NCBI GenBank assembly: GCA_963703955.1 | Contig: CAVPGK010000023.1 | Coordinates: forward strand, 32,001 to 96,000 | Source: Nitrospirota bacterium | GTDB lineage: Bacteria > Nitrospirota > Nitrospiria > Nitrospirales > Nitrospiraceae | DNA length: 64,000 nt | Reading direction: 5' to 3' | In this document: in pieces, positions 19,384 to 29,047 of the stretch | Layout of the letters: each line of letters starts with the position of its first letter | How positions within the stretch are numbered: the stretch's first letter is position 1 | Position numbers and translations under genes: made by a program | The notes under the pieces: model-generated | The model's input: only the letters and a program-made list of their open reading frames with translations | Database searches by the model: none | What the model was told of the DNA's origin: nothing

Positions 19384-21033
19384 TCACATCTCCTTGAGAT
19401 ATTCGTGCACGAACTTGACGGCCATCGCACCCTCGCCGACGGCCGAGGCGACGCGCTTGATCGAATCGGATCGCACGTCCCCTGCGGCGAATACACCGGG
19501 ACGGCTGGTCTCCAATAGGAACGGCTGTCTGGGGGAACTCCAATGTGGGGACTGTGCCAGCGGCGCACCGGTACGGATAAACCCTTTGTTGTCCCGTTCG
19601 ATCTCTGCGGGCAACCAGTCGGTTCGCGGTACCGCTCCGATGAACGTGAATACCGCCGGTGTTTGCACTGTCCGCTCGTGCCCGGTCTTGTGATTGAGCA
19701 TCTCGACAGAGCCAAGCTGGCCGTTCCCGCTCATCCGCCGAATTGTCGTGTTCGTCAGGACTTCGATGTTGACGATCTGTTCGATTCGTCTGACCAGGTA
19801 GCTGGACATATCCTTATGGAGGTCATTGCCGCGAATGAGGAGGATCACCTTGCTGGCATGGCCGGCGAGGAAGACCGCCGCCTGACCGGCGGAGTTGCCC
19901 CCACCTACGAGTACCACCTGGACTCCCCGGCACATCTGCGCTTCAGTGGGCGTCGCCGCATAGTACAGACCCCTCCCTTCGAATTGGTCTTCACCCTCGA
20001 CGCCCAGTCGCCGGTAGTCAACACCGGTCGCGATGAGGAGACACTTGGTGGTGACGGCTTCTTCGCCGTCCAGATGTACCGTGCAATAGGATTTGTCGAA
20101 TGTCAGACGTGTCACCGGTGAGGGAACTGCGATGCGGACACCGAACTTGTTTGCCTGGAGGATGGCGCGATCGGTCAGCTCGCCTCCGGTCACACCAGCG
20201 GGAAAGCCCAGATAGTTTTCGATTCGCATGCTGGTGCCGGCCTGCCCGCCCGGGGCAGTGCGCTCGAGGACCGCGGTCCGCAGCCCTTCTGATGCCCCAT
20301 AGACCGCCGCCGCCAACCCCGCGGGCCCGGCCCCCACGACGACTAGGTCATATACCGTCTGGTCCAGCGGATGATGGATGCCGATCCGTTCGGCCAGCTC
20401 CCGGTTCGAGGGGTTACGGAGGAGCACCATGCTGCTGCAGGCGATGACCGGGGTGTCGACCTCGGTGACGTTAAACTGCTTGAGCACCTTATCCACTTCC
20501 GGATTGGTTTCCAGGTCCACCCAGGTGAACAGCACTCGGTTCTTGGCCAGAAAGTCGCGCACGCGAAAGGTATCCGGTGAGTAACGCGACCCGATCACCC
20601 GTAAGCCGGTAAACTCCGACGATTGCCGCAGAAGTTGCCGGCGGGCGATGAACGCCTGAAGGATAATGTCACTGAGGGCCGGGCACTGATTGAGGGTCTG
20701 CCTGAGGGCATCTCCCGAAATCTCGTACACTTCACAATCGCCCCTGGCGACCGCAGTGACCACCGAGGGATTGCCGGTCAGGTGTGAGATATCGCCGGTA
20801 AACCCGCCCTTGCGATGGACCGTCAGTGTCTTCGACACGTCGCCGGAGTAGTCGACGATATCAACTTCACCCGACTTGAGGACATGGAACTTGAAGTTGC
20901 GATCGCCGGCCGCAAAGAGTTTCTCCCCATCCCGATACAACTTCGATATCGCGCTGGTACAACGGCCGAGCTCGGCGATTTGCGCCTCGTCGAGCGTCGG
21001 AAAGGCAATGGTTTGAAGATCGTGTTCGGCCAT
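19384..21033 (-). CDS. cNMP-binding-domain thioredoxin-reductase-like flavoprotein
   Basis: N-terminal cNMP-binding domain; GAGPAGL, GGQAGTS.RIENYLGFP, GGGNSAGQAA and FAAGDVR...KRVASAVGEG. Confidence 0.92.
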   Translation of the reverse strand: MAEHDLQTIAFPTLDEAQIAELGRCTSAISKLYRDGEKLFAAGDRNFKFHVLKSGEVDIVDYSGDVSKTLTVHRKGGFTGDISHLTGNPSVVTAVARGDCEVYEISGDALRQTLNQCPALSDIILQAFIARRQLLRQSSEFTGLRVIGSRYSPDTFRVRDFLAKNRVLFTWVDLETNPEVDKVLKQFNVTEVDTPVIACSSMVLLRNPSNRELAERIGIHHPLDQTVYDLVVVGAGPAGLAAAVYGASEGLRTAVLERTAPGGQAGTSMRIENYLGFPAGVTGGELTDRAILQANKFGVRIAVPSPVTRLTFDKSYCTVHLDGEEAVTTKCLLIATGVDYRRLGVEGEDQFEGRGLYYAATPTEAQMCRGVQVVLVGGGNSAGQAAVFLAGHASKVILLIRGNDLHKDMSSYLVRRIEQIVNIEVLTNTTIRRMSGNGQLGSVEMLNHKTGHERTVQTPAVFTFIGAVPRTDWLPAEIERDNKGFIRTGAPLAQSPHWSSPRQPFLLETSRPGVFAAGDVRSDSIKRVASAVGEGAMAVKFVHEYLKEM

Positions 21034-21248
21034 AACTCCTCCTTTCAGGATTCCTCTTTACCTCGTGATATCAGCTGTCAATGCCATTCCTCGTGCAAGC
21101 AGATCCCGCGTCCCCTCCTGCACAAGACCAGCCGACGCTGCAAGAAGTCTCTGACAGACAGCCTCTGCCATCCCGCCTTGAGGCTACACCGCCGACCAGC
21201 GGGAGGGGACAACAGTGCATCGCACTTTGGCGGTCGTTTCTGCAGCCG

Positions 21249-21599
21249 TCAGAACACCATTGCGTGCTCGACGAGATACTTGCCTGCTTTCTCTACGAGG
21301 AGCATCTCGGCAACGAATTCTCCCGGCGCTTTTGTGAACCACTGCTTCCAAACAATGGCTGCGGCGCCAGGCCGTTTGAACACAGCTACCGCTTCCCGTC
21401 TGGAAAAGAATCCTTTCTCCCGCTGGTACTTCTCGCAGACTCTCTGAAGATACTCTTTGGTCACGATGCCCTTCATTCGTTCGCTGAAATCTCGAACGTG
21501 ACGCGCATGATCGATTGCGGTCGATGCGTCCATGAGATTATCCATGATCGGCTCGGCAATGCCGAGAATTTCGGCATCAGACATAGTTTCCAGTGTCAT
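21249..21599 (-). CDS. Hypothetical protein (possibly NTF2/DUF3887-like); intact copy
   Basis: AAAGGA RBS before ATG; 116 aa; paralogue at 39365-39700. Confidence 0.8.
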   Translation of the reverse strand: MTLETMSDAEILGIAEPIMDNLMDASTAIDHARHVRDFSERMKGIVTKEYLQRVCEKYQREKGFFSRREAVAVFKRPGAAAIVWKQWFTKAPGEFVAEMLLVEKAGKYLVEHAMVF

Positions 21600-21949
21600 A
21601 GCGTTTCCTTTGGGTGCCAACTATTTGCGTATACCGACCGGCATCGTATGCACTGACGGTATCGGTGCTATGTCTCCTTGGTCGGATGATACATGTAGTA
21701 ATCTGCGCCATAGTCATCCGCGGCGTTTCCCTTCTCAACGCTCCCTAATTGAGCGCCTTCCCTACGCATTGTCGTGGCTACATTTCTGGCCCATGGACGT
21801 TGCCATGGAACCATGAAGGACCGGCATAAGTCCGCGTCCGACCGCTGCTTTGGACAAGGCGACTTCAGTATTCGAAGAACAGTTGATTTCTTCCGAGAAC
21901 ATCACAGGCACTGCCTCATGCGTACCTGCCGACCAGAGATAGTGGAAGG

Positions 21950-22417
21950 TTAGTCTCGGGCCAGAACCAGCTCCGGGTCGACGTTCTCTTCCTCTCGTAG
22001 GGCCGGCCTACCCTCTTTCGGACGATCCTCGAACCACGGGAAGAGCGCGGGGAGCAGTACGAGGGTCAACAGCGTGGATGTCAGCAACCCGCCGATGACG
22101 ACCACGGCTAGCGGCCGTTGCACTTCAGACCCAATCCCGTGTGAGAGGGCCAGCGGAAGAAGACCGAACAGGGAAACGAGTGCGGTCATGAGAACCGGCC
22201 GGAGGCGCAACAGACAGCCATGGATGATCGCCTCGTCGCCGTGCTGGCCGTCTTTGCGTAATTTGATAATGTACGACACCAGCACGATGCCGTTCAGAAC
22301 CGCCACCCCGAACAGATTGATGAACCCGACCGACGCCGGCACGCTCAGATATTCCCCGGTCAGCCAGAGGGCCACGATACCGCCGATCAGCGCAAACGGA
22401 AGATTGAGAATGATCAG
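21950..22417 (-). pseudogene. 3' fragment of a CusA/CzcA RND permease
   Basis: Translation is identical to the C-terminus of the 39805 ORF (GFINLFGVAVLNG, RLRPVLMTA). The 5' part is missing. Confidence 0.93.
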
Positions 22418-22696
22418 AGAACAACAGAATGAAGGAGAATAACGAAAAGACTCTAGTAGAGCAAGCGGGTTGGGATGAAGCAGATACTGTGAGCGAAGGC
22501 GCTAGCTGGATTCATGACGATGTTCACGGCGGGGGTCACTCCCACCGCGTCACAAGACTTCGGATCATCATCGCGGGTGCGTCAGCCTCGGGACCGCGGG
22601 TCGTCAATGGGTCGGAGGGCACCGGGAACGGCAACAGCGCGGGTCGCAAGGCGGCGGGGATTACGTGACCGCGGCGGGCCTGAAACCATCAGGAGG

Positions 22697-23224
22697 TCAT
22701 CGTCGAACAAGTTGTCGCCATAATGCTTTCGCCAACGTCAGCGGATGTGTAATGGGAATTATCAGGCGACCCATGGCGGTGGATGGGTCATGGAATACAC
22801 CAAGCTGCGCAAGGACAGTTGCACGGTCGTAATAGACCGTCTCAGCCTCGATCTTATCCAACTCATTGAAGGTGTACACCGCCCAGAGCGGGAATTTGAG
22901 GCGACGGCCCGTGCCAGGTAACCCTCGCCACGCCCCTTCATGCGTTCCGCTGACAACAACCAGTAGCGCCACCGCCTCACTACTCGTGAGGAGCTGTCGC
23001 ACGACTTCGATCACGAGGTCAGGCACAGCCTTCATGAGCTGTTCGTAATATGCTCGGACAGCGTCACGACCGACACGGTGATCATCCCACGGCTCGTCGT
23101 TATAGAATGCCTCCGCTCCAAAGGTTTCCATTATCCCGTTCAGATCATGATGATTCTCAAGTCGGAGATGCTCCTGAACTGTGCGAGTACGTGCTGCCAC
23201 ACGCTGATCCTGGCCTGCGACCAT
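22697..23224 (-). CDS. SnoaL-like / ester cyclase family protein
   Basis: EHLRLEN.HDL, GRDAVRAYY, PDL, GTH.G.W.GLPGTGR and E.VYYD motifs. Confidence 0.85.
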   Translation of the reverse strand: MVAGQDQRVAARTRTVQEHLRLENHHDLNGIMETFGAEAFYNDEPWDDHRVGRDAVRAYYEQLMKAVPDLVIEVVRQLLTSSEAVALLVVVSGTHEGAWRGLPGTGRRLKFPLWAVYTFNELDKIEAETVYYDRATVLAQLGVFHDPSTAMGRLIIPITHPLTLAKALWRQLVRR

Positions 23225-23521
23225 ATCAACGGCTCCCTTTGCTCGCTTTTAAGCCTCGTGGTCTAGGTGGCACCGCTAGCTGGTCAGCCAGGGCATGGGC
23301 TTCAGAATCTTGATTTTCACACCACGGAGACCGCGTAAGTTTGGAGTCCTGTCGGGTTGGTCTGAATGCGAAGGATTCTCTGTGTCGCGGACCGATAGGA
23401 AAAGATCAGCTCCGAAGCTCAAGAGAAAGGGCATCAGAGAGCCTACGATCCAGTGGATAGGAACTTCGGACCAAATCCTTGCCAGACCCGGAGAACAGGT
23501 AAACAAGGTCGCTATCCCTTC

Positions 23522-23935
23522 TTATGCACTGACCGGCTGCGTTGAGTGCTTGGAGTCCCACGCCACTCCTTGCCCCACAGCCGCGGCCAGCATCCTCACG
23601 AGAAAACTGGAATCAATCGGCTTATGAATCCAAGCAAAGGCTCCTCGGGCCTCAGGCATTTCACTCATGTCCCACCGTGTTTCCGAGACGATCATGACCG
23701 GGGTGTCGGACCAGACGACCCGGCTCTGCGCCAAGAAATCGAGCCCGTCCAGGTGGGGCATTTGATAATCGGTGACCACAGCATCGAATCGACGCTGCCG
23801 CATTTCCCTGAGCGCCTGCAGACCATCGCAGGCCTGAACAACGCTGAAACCGGCCTGTTCCAACACCTGGACAATCTCCTCTCGCTCTCCCTGATCGTCA
23901 TTGACCACCAACACTCTTTTGCCATAACCAATCAT
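23522..23935 (-). CDS. Single-domain response regulator receiver (CheY-like)
   Basis: RVLVVNDD, VVTDYQMP.LDG and KP motif; AAGGAGG RBS. Confidence 0.88.
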   Translation of the reverse strand: MIGYGKRVLVVNDDQGEREEIVQVLEQAGFSVVQACDGLQALREMRQRRFDAVVTDYQMPHLDGLDFLAQSRVVWSDTPVMIVSETRWDMSEMPEARGAFAWIHKPIDSSFLVRMLAAAVGQGVAWDSKHSTQPVSA

Positions 23936-24206
23936 AGAACCCTCCTTGGAGTTGGAATCCCCTTAGGCCTGTCCCCAGAGACGGCCGCGACGATCTTCGG
24001 ATCGTGATCACACCTCCATATCTTGCGGCATTACGTCTGACGCCACGCCTCCGCTGAGGCGGATGCAGCCGATTGGCTCGAATCACACTATCTTCGACAT
24101 TGCCACAGTTGCAGCATCTGATCCCATTGATGTCCATCCGACCAGCCTGTGCGGTTGCGTCACAGAACTCTGTGACGAGAAATCCCCCGCAACGTTGGCA
24201 ACTCAT
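23898..24206 (-). CDS. Small zinc-ribbon-like protein (CxxC...CxxC)
   Basis: AAAGGAGG RBS, then MSCQRCGGFLV...IRCCNCGNVEDSVIRANR. The C-terminal extent is uncertain because it overlaps the next gene. Confidence 0.7.
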   Translation of the reverse strand: MSCQRCGGFLVTEFCDATAQAGRMDINGIRCCNCGNVEDSVIRANRLHPPQRRRGVRRNAARYGGVITIRRSSRPSLGTGLRGFQLQGGFYDWLWQKSVGGQ

Positions 24207-24242
24207 GCGCGGCCCTCCTTTCCATCCGGAAGGCTCTGGCCC

Positions 24243-24440
24243 CATGAGGTGCGGCCGCTTCCCCTGGCTGCTCATCACGGTGTGCCTAGCCATTGGCGTT
24301 GATAGCCCGTGAATCGCAGTAAAGCCCATAATACTCATCGAGAAGGATAAGAGTGAGGCTCATGTGTTTGTGCGGAGTGGCCATTGTGGCTTGTCAGAAT
24401 TGTCTGACAGAGAAAGGCTAGAACAAGGAATGTGGGGGGC
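24243..24440 (-). promoter_or_regulatory. ~200-bp conserved promoter/leader element, copy 1, with palindrome TGTCAGA-ATTG-TCTGACA (24392-24409)
   Basis: Inverted homologue at 28682-28883; candidate -10 TATTAT on the minus strand; points at the Zn-ribbon gene. Confidence 0.7.
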
Positions 24441-24505
24441 GGGGCTTATGTCGCAGCGGGTAGGGAACTAGTGTGGGAAGCTGTATGAAGCACCAGCTTT
24501 TATGG

Positions 24506-25144
24506 TCATTCAACAATACCATGCTGAACAGCATAGCGTGCCAAATCCGCATTCGTCCGAAGATTCAGCTTTACCAGGATGCGGGAACGGTAGGTACTGA
24601 TGGTTTTGATGCTTAGAGAGAGTCGATCGGAAATGTCAGTAATCGTACTTCCGGCGGCGATCAAGCAGAACACCTGATACTCACGATCAGAGAGGGTACT
24701 GTGAGGTGGCTCCTCGCTGTCGCCGTATTGATCAAGATGCGCTGCAAGGAGTTCAGCGGCTTTGGGCGTGATGTATCTCCCCCCATTCCAGATCTTTTTG
24801 ATAGCATGAACCAATTCCTGCGGAACGCTCTCTTTCGTCAAATAGCCAGCGCCCCCAGCGCGTATCACCCGCACGGCAAACTGATCCTCGGGATGCATGC
24901 TTAATACCAGCACGGGAAGGCTCGGGCAGAGCCGTCTTAGCTCCTGTAACGCCTCCAGCCCGCCACGTCCCGGCATAGTCAGATCCAGCACGACCATGTC
25001 CCATCGCTGTTTCTGAGCCTGCTCGAGCAACTCGTGGACATTCGACGCTTCACCAATCACGGCCCCTGGGAATTCATCGGTTAGTATCTGAATCACGCCG
25101 CGGCGCAAGTACGGGTGATCGTCTGCGAGAAGAATGTTAATCAT
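24506..25144 (-). CDS. NarL/UvrY(GacA)-family response regulator (REC + LuxR HTH)
   Basis: ILLADDHPYLRRG, LDLTMPGRGG, LSMHPEDQFA, GYLTKES, LSDREYQV and TISTYRSRIL. The start overlaps the kinase stop (ATGATTAA). Confidence 0.95.
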   Translation of the reverse strand: MINILLADDHPYLRRGVIQILTDEFPGAVIGEASNVHELLEQAQKQRWDMVVLDLTMPGRGGLEALQELRRLCPSLPVLVLSMHPEDQFAVRVIRAGGAGYLTKESVPQELVHAIKKIWNGGRYITPKAAELLAAHLDQYGDSEEPPHSTLSDREYQVFCLIAAGSTITDISDRLSLSIKTISTYRSRILVKLNLRTNADLARYAVQHGIVE

Positions 25145-26717
25145 CTGTTGTCCGACACAGTGGGATCCGAACAGTGACCGTTGTTCCAGTTCCCGAAGAT
25201 CCCTGAATGTTGACCTCACCGCCCTGTTGCTGGGCACGGAGCCGCATCCCCAGCAGACCGAAGGCTTTCGGTCCGGATTGCTCCGCGTCCGTGATACCCC
25301 GGCCGTTATCTCTGACTTGCATGGAAACAGTTTCACCTGATTGTTCCAACCTGATGTGGACGCAGGTGGCTTTTGAGTGCCGGGCCACGTTGGTCAAGAT
25401 CTCTTGAAGGATGCGGAACAGCGCGGTTGATTGCTCAGGCCCCAGAACTATGTTTTGAGGACGGATATATGATTCACATGAAATCCCAGTCCGATTTTGA
25501 AACTCTCGACCCTGCCACTCGACCGCAGCCTCCAGGCCTAATTCGTCCAAGACGCCGGGCCTCAATGCCGTCGCGATCTCACGCACCGATTGAATCGTTG
25601 AGTCAAGGAGTTCCAATGCCGAGGCAAGTCTCGCATGCACATCGGTAAGTTGGAGCGATCCGGTCGATTCTGTGATGCGTTTGCGGACCCATGTCACATC
25701 CAGCTTGAGTGCAGTCAACGCCTGCCCCAACACATCATGAATTTCCAGTGCGATTCGCGCTCGCTCTTCTTCCTGCGCCGATTCTAGACGAGCAGCAAGC
25801 GCCTCTAGTTGGTTGCGAGAGTTGAGGAGTGCCTCTTTCACGCGCTTACGATCGGTAATGTCCATCGAATAACCGATTATGCCGATTGGAGTTTGCGTAT
25901 CATCCCTCAGCAGCGTGAGGGAAAGCTGGGCGAAGCGCACTTCTCCGGACTTGGTCAGTCTGCGAACCTCGATCTGGTGGGTTCCTTTGGCTTTCGCAGG
26001 GGCGATGACCTCACGCTCGAGAAACTCACGGTCTTCCACCGGATAGACGAATGAGATATGTCTGCCGAGCGCCTCTAGCGCGGGATATCCAAGCAACTTT
26101 TCAGCGCCTTTATTCCAGCTCGTCACAAAGCCGTCCAAATCAACGGAGATGACGGTCTCCTGGATCTGATCGATAATGTCAGCCTGCCTTCGTATCACCT
26201 CATCTGCCTGTCTTCGCGCAGTGACGTCGGTCCAAAGACCGACGATTTCCTGCGGGGTTCCGTCTGATCGCCGGATCAACACTGCCTCGTCCCGAAACCA
26301 GCGGTATTCGCCGCTGCGTGTCTGCCAACGGTATTCCGTGGCCAGATTGCCCTCTAGCGATAGCTTCTCAAACTCCCTCAGGGCCCTCTCTCGGTCGTAG
26401 GGATGAAGCCGCGAGGCCCAGAGGGATGAGTCATCCAAGAACAGACGGTGGGAGAAACCGGTCAGCGCCTCGATGTTCTCACTAACCCACATTGCACCGA
26501 AGTCTCCCGACGGTTTAGCAGAGTACATCACAACAGGTAAGGTACGCAGAATCAATTCTTGGTGGGCCCGCCCTGCAAGCGAGGCTCGCTCGTGAATGTT
26601 CCTACAACGAATGGCCTTCGAGATGCGCTGGACAAGCCTATTCATATTCAGTGTAAAGATCATGCGGCTTCTTGTCAGGATGCTCCTGGTGCTCGATGGG
26701 CTTCTTGGATGGCGCAC
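25137..26717 (-). CDS. PAS-PAS HisKA_3 sensor histidine kinase (start uncertain, N-terminus possibly eroded)
   Basis: Two PAS/PAC domains; EERARIALEIHDVLGQ, LFRILQEILTNVARH and DNGRG..FGLLGM. Confidence 0.92.
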   Translation of the reverse strand: MRHPRSPSSTRSILTRSRMIFTLNMNRLVQRISKAIRCRNIHERASLAGRAHQELILRTLPVVMYSAKPSGDFGAMWVSENIEALTGFSHRLFLDDSSLWASRLHPYDRERALREFEKLSLEGNLATEYRWQTRSGEYRWFRDEAVLIRRSDGTPQEIVGLWTDVTARRQADEVIRRQADIIDQIQETVISVDLDGFVTSWNKGAEKLLGYPALEALGRHISFVYPVEDREFLEREVIAPAKAKGTHQIEVRRLTKSGEVRFAQLSLTLLRDDTQTPIGIIGYSMDITDRKRVKEALLNSRNQLEALAARLESAQEEERARIALEIHDVLGQALTALKLDVTWVRKRITESTGSLQLTDVHARLASALELLDSTIQSVREIATALRPGVLDELGLEAAVEWQGREFQNRTGISCESYIRPQNIVLGPEQSTALFRILQEILTNVARHSKATCVHIRLEQSGETVSMQVRDNGRGITDAEQSGPKAFGLLGMRLRAQQQGGEVNIQGSSGTGTTVTVRIPLCRTTDD

Positions 26718-27320
26718 CGGAAGAAGTCCTTACTGAAACCCTCACGACCGATGAAGCGTCCGCGATGTTAGGCTGCGATAGTTGGGGTGCTATCTTTCAG
26801 GGGTCCAGTAGTCCCGTTATCTTTCTGAAGTGATCCATGAGCCTGGCAGTACCAATGCCGGTAATCATAGAGCACTATGAGGATGGCTACCACATCGAGT
26901 ACGAACCATGTGATCACAATGTTCAGCAGCATATACCTCTGGTGGAATTCTTTCCGTTCGTTGCTAGAAGGTTACGCAACGCCATGCCGTTCCGGTACAG
27001 ACACGCCCATGGAAATGGTTAAGCTTAACGATACCTTGCGATGTGACCAAGGTGCAAGTGAACTCCACGGTGTCAAATTTGAGACGACCTGACAGACTGC
27101 TACCGCTAGGTTGCAACACCTCGGCAAGCCATTCGGTCGTTCATTTTGGCTACTCTCACAGTAAGCCGCACAGCCGCTTTGTGCCGTAATTCATTCATCG
27201 CTTCGGCGTTACCCAAACACCTTGCTTTTGGACAACGGGCTGGGGATGTTCTCTAGAAACCTCATCTAACGCACCAGCACGACGGGGATAGACGTCATGG
27301 TCGGCGGCTTTGTCGTGCCT

Positions 27321-28368
27321 TCATCGCGTGGCGGCGTCGCCCTCGACGATAACCTTGGCGGTCCAAGTCATCCCTTTCGAGACCGGCTGACTAGAAAGAA
27401 ACGCGGTAAGAAAACTTCTGTAACCCAAATTCGTATCATAACGCGTACAACCCTGAAAGCGTGAAAGCAAAGGCTGGCGTAATCATGTCGGCCCAGTGTG
27501 GCTGCTTGTCCTCCGACAAATTCGCAAAGATGATTATCAGAGGCCTGTGATCGGCATTGAACCATTGAACCCTCATCCCGTGTTCAGAAAGTTAATTTCG
27601 ATCTCATGAACTCTCCCTGTTCTATTGATGATTTAGTAATACAGTGACATTTTACAAAGGCAGATGAAGACGATGGTGCGGCCTTCGGCCGCGGCGTTTT
27701 TTTTACCTGGGGCCACTGCGTCCGCTTCCAGTCCCGAATGGCCGCCTCATCGCGTTGGCGCGCCTGCCCGGTCGGCCGTTGGCAGCTCCACCCCAGCGTT
27801 CGCAGGATCTGCCAGACCCGGGCGTGGCTGTATCGGACGCCGCACTGGGTCTCAATGAGCTGGGCGACGCGCTTGAGCGTCCACAGCCCGGCGGAGTACC
27901 CCTGCGCTTCTGGCCCCGCCGTCAACGCGCGCTTCACCGTGCGGAGATCCCCGGCCGTCAGTTGCGGTGGGCGTCCCGCACGCCCCACCTGGCGCAAGCC
28001 GCGTCGGCCCTGCGCGGCCAGGCTGTGCTGCCAGCGATGGACGGACTGGCGGGACACGCCCAGCCGTCGGGCCACCTCCGCCGGCCAGACGCCCTGCTTG
28101 AGCAGCCGCGCCGCCTCGAATCGGCGCCGTTCCATCGCATCGAAATCTCGTGTGGCCCCTGCTCGTGCCATGTACACCTCCTCTGGGGTACCAAGAGGCG
28201 CGAGTCTAACACAAGCGGCTTGAAAATGTCACTGTATTATTTAAACATCAATAGTTGAGTTGGGCAGGTCCTTCCCAACGGCGCACCCACCGAGAACAAG
28301 AAGTATGAGTCCGACTCCGACTCTGAAACCCTTTGATTTCAACTTCCTCGTTCTTTTGATGTTGGCAT
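27321..28368 (-). pseudogene. Cupredoxin-like lipoprotein pseudogene, interrupted by an IS630 derivative
   Basis: Removing the IS gives LVLGG-CAVGKDLPNSTRTGRVHEIEI. Later fragments DEVQWFN and DYASLCF match the 35893 paralogue (LPRTSRTGKVHEI, DEVRWLN, SASLCF). Confidence 0.8.
27625..28251 (-). mobile_element. IS630-family element, internally deleted (HTH OrfA kept, DDE domain lost), 627 bp
   Basis: ~31-bp imperfect TIRs (TTGATGATTTAGTAATACAGTGACATTTT / TTGATGTTTAAATAATACAGTGACATTTT). TA is duplicated at 27623-24 and 28252-53 in a CTAG target. OrfA has WTLKRVA..LGWSCQRP and an A-run slippery site. Confidence 0.93.
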
Positions 28369-28681
28369 GGCGATCTCCTGCCCGGCAGCCTGCTCCCATA
28401 TAGCTCCGCATGTTATGCGTCGAGAATCCGCTGGGCTGTAGGACTAGACTGAAATTCATGTAAGAGCTATTCTGCAAACTACGACCATTGCCGCTTGTGC
28501 CCTGCTGACCCCGTGCAACAGCCTGCACAAGAGCCGTCCGGGCATCTGCCCGCTCGGATGGGCACAACCCCCGCGTGGCCTGCGAGGACTTACTTCATGC
28601 TCGCGTTGATCAAACTGCGTGTTTCGCTGAAGTGGCCGCCCGAGGCGAACTGAGTTTCGTTACCTTGGCGTCATCATAGTG

Positions 28682-28883
28682 CCGACCCACCATTCCTTGT
28701 TCTGCCCTGTCAGACAATTCCGACAAACGACAAAGGCTACTTCGCACAAACACATGAGGCTTCCTCTCATATTTCTCGATGAGCTACGGGGTCTTTACTG
28801 CGATTCACGGGCTATCAACGGCAATGGCTTGGGCACACCGTGATGGGGCCAGCCAGGGGAAGGGAAGCCGGCCGCACCTCATG
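28682..28883 (+). promoter_or_regulatory. Conserved promoter/leader element, copy 2 (palindrome TGTCAGACAATTCCGACA, 28708-28725)
   Basis: Its reverse complement aligns with 24243-24440 through long identical blocks, e.g. CGTTGATAGCCCGTGAATCGCAGTAAAG and CTCATGTGTTTGTGCG. Confidence 0.7.
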
Positions 28884-29047
28884 TAAAAAATTCTATCCTA
28901 GGCCGGCGAGGGACCAACTCAGCTGAGAATGCTAAGAAAGAGTAAACAGATCCGTTTCCTGTTCGGAAGCCAGTGGGTTGCTCCACCGACAACATTCGAC
29001 CACGGATCTTGAGCGAAGATGCTAGGGTTCATATTCTGGAGGAGGCC

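Larger units (their letters stand above)
21149..22417. repeat. Direct repeat copy A (matches 39265-40272): small gene plus cusA 3' fragment
   Basis: Near-identical by eye to 39265-40272. Copy A has 293 extra bp (21598-21890) and lacks the 32 bp at 39733-39764. Confidence 0.95.

Noticed and set aside
18520..21625. Integron-cassette-like GTTAGAC (~18553) and GTTGGCA (~21621) just upstream of two minus-strand start codons
   Set aside because: No matching RYYYAAC/attC hairpin after either gene and no integron integrase in the window; 7-mers alone are not evidence.
26771..27320. Short ORFs (26837-27022, 26877-27092) upstream of the PAS kinase
   Set aside because: No clear RBS or motifs; probably eroded non-coding sequence.
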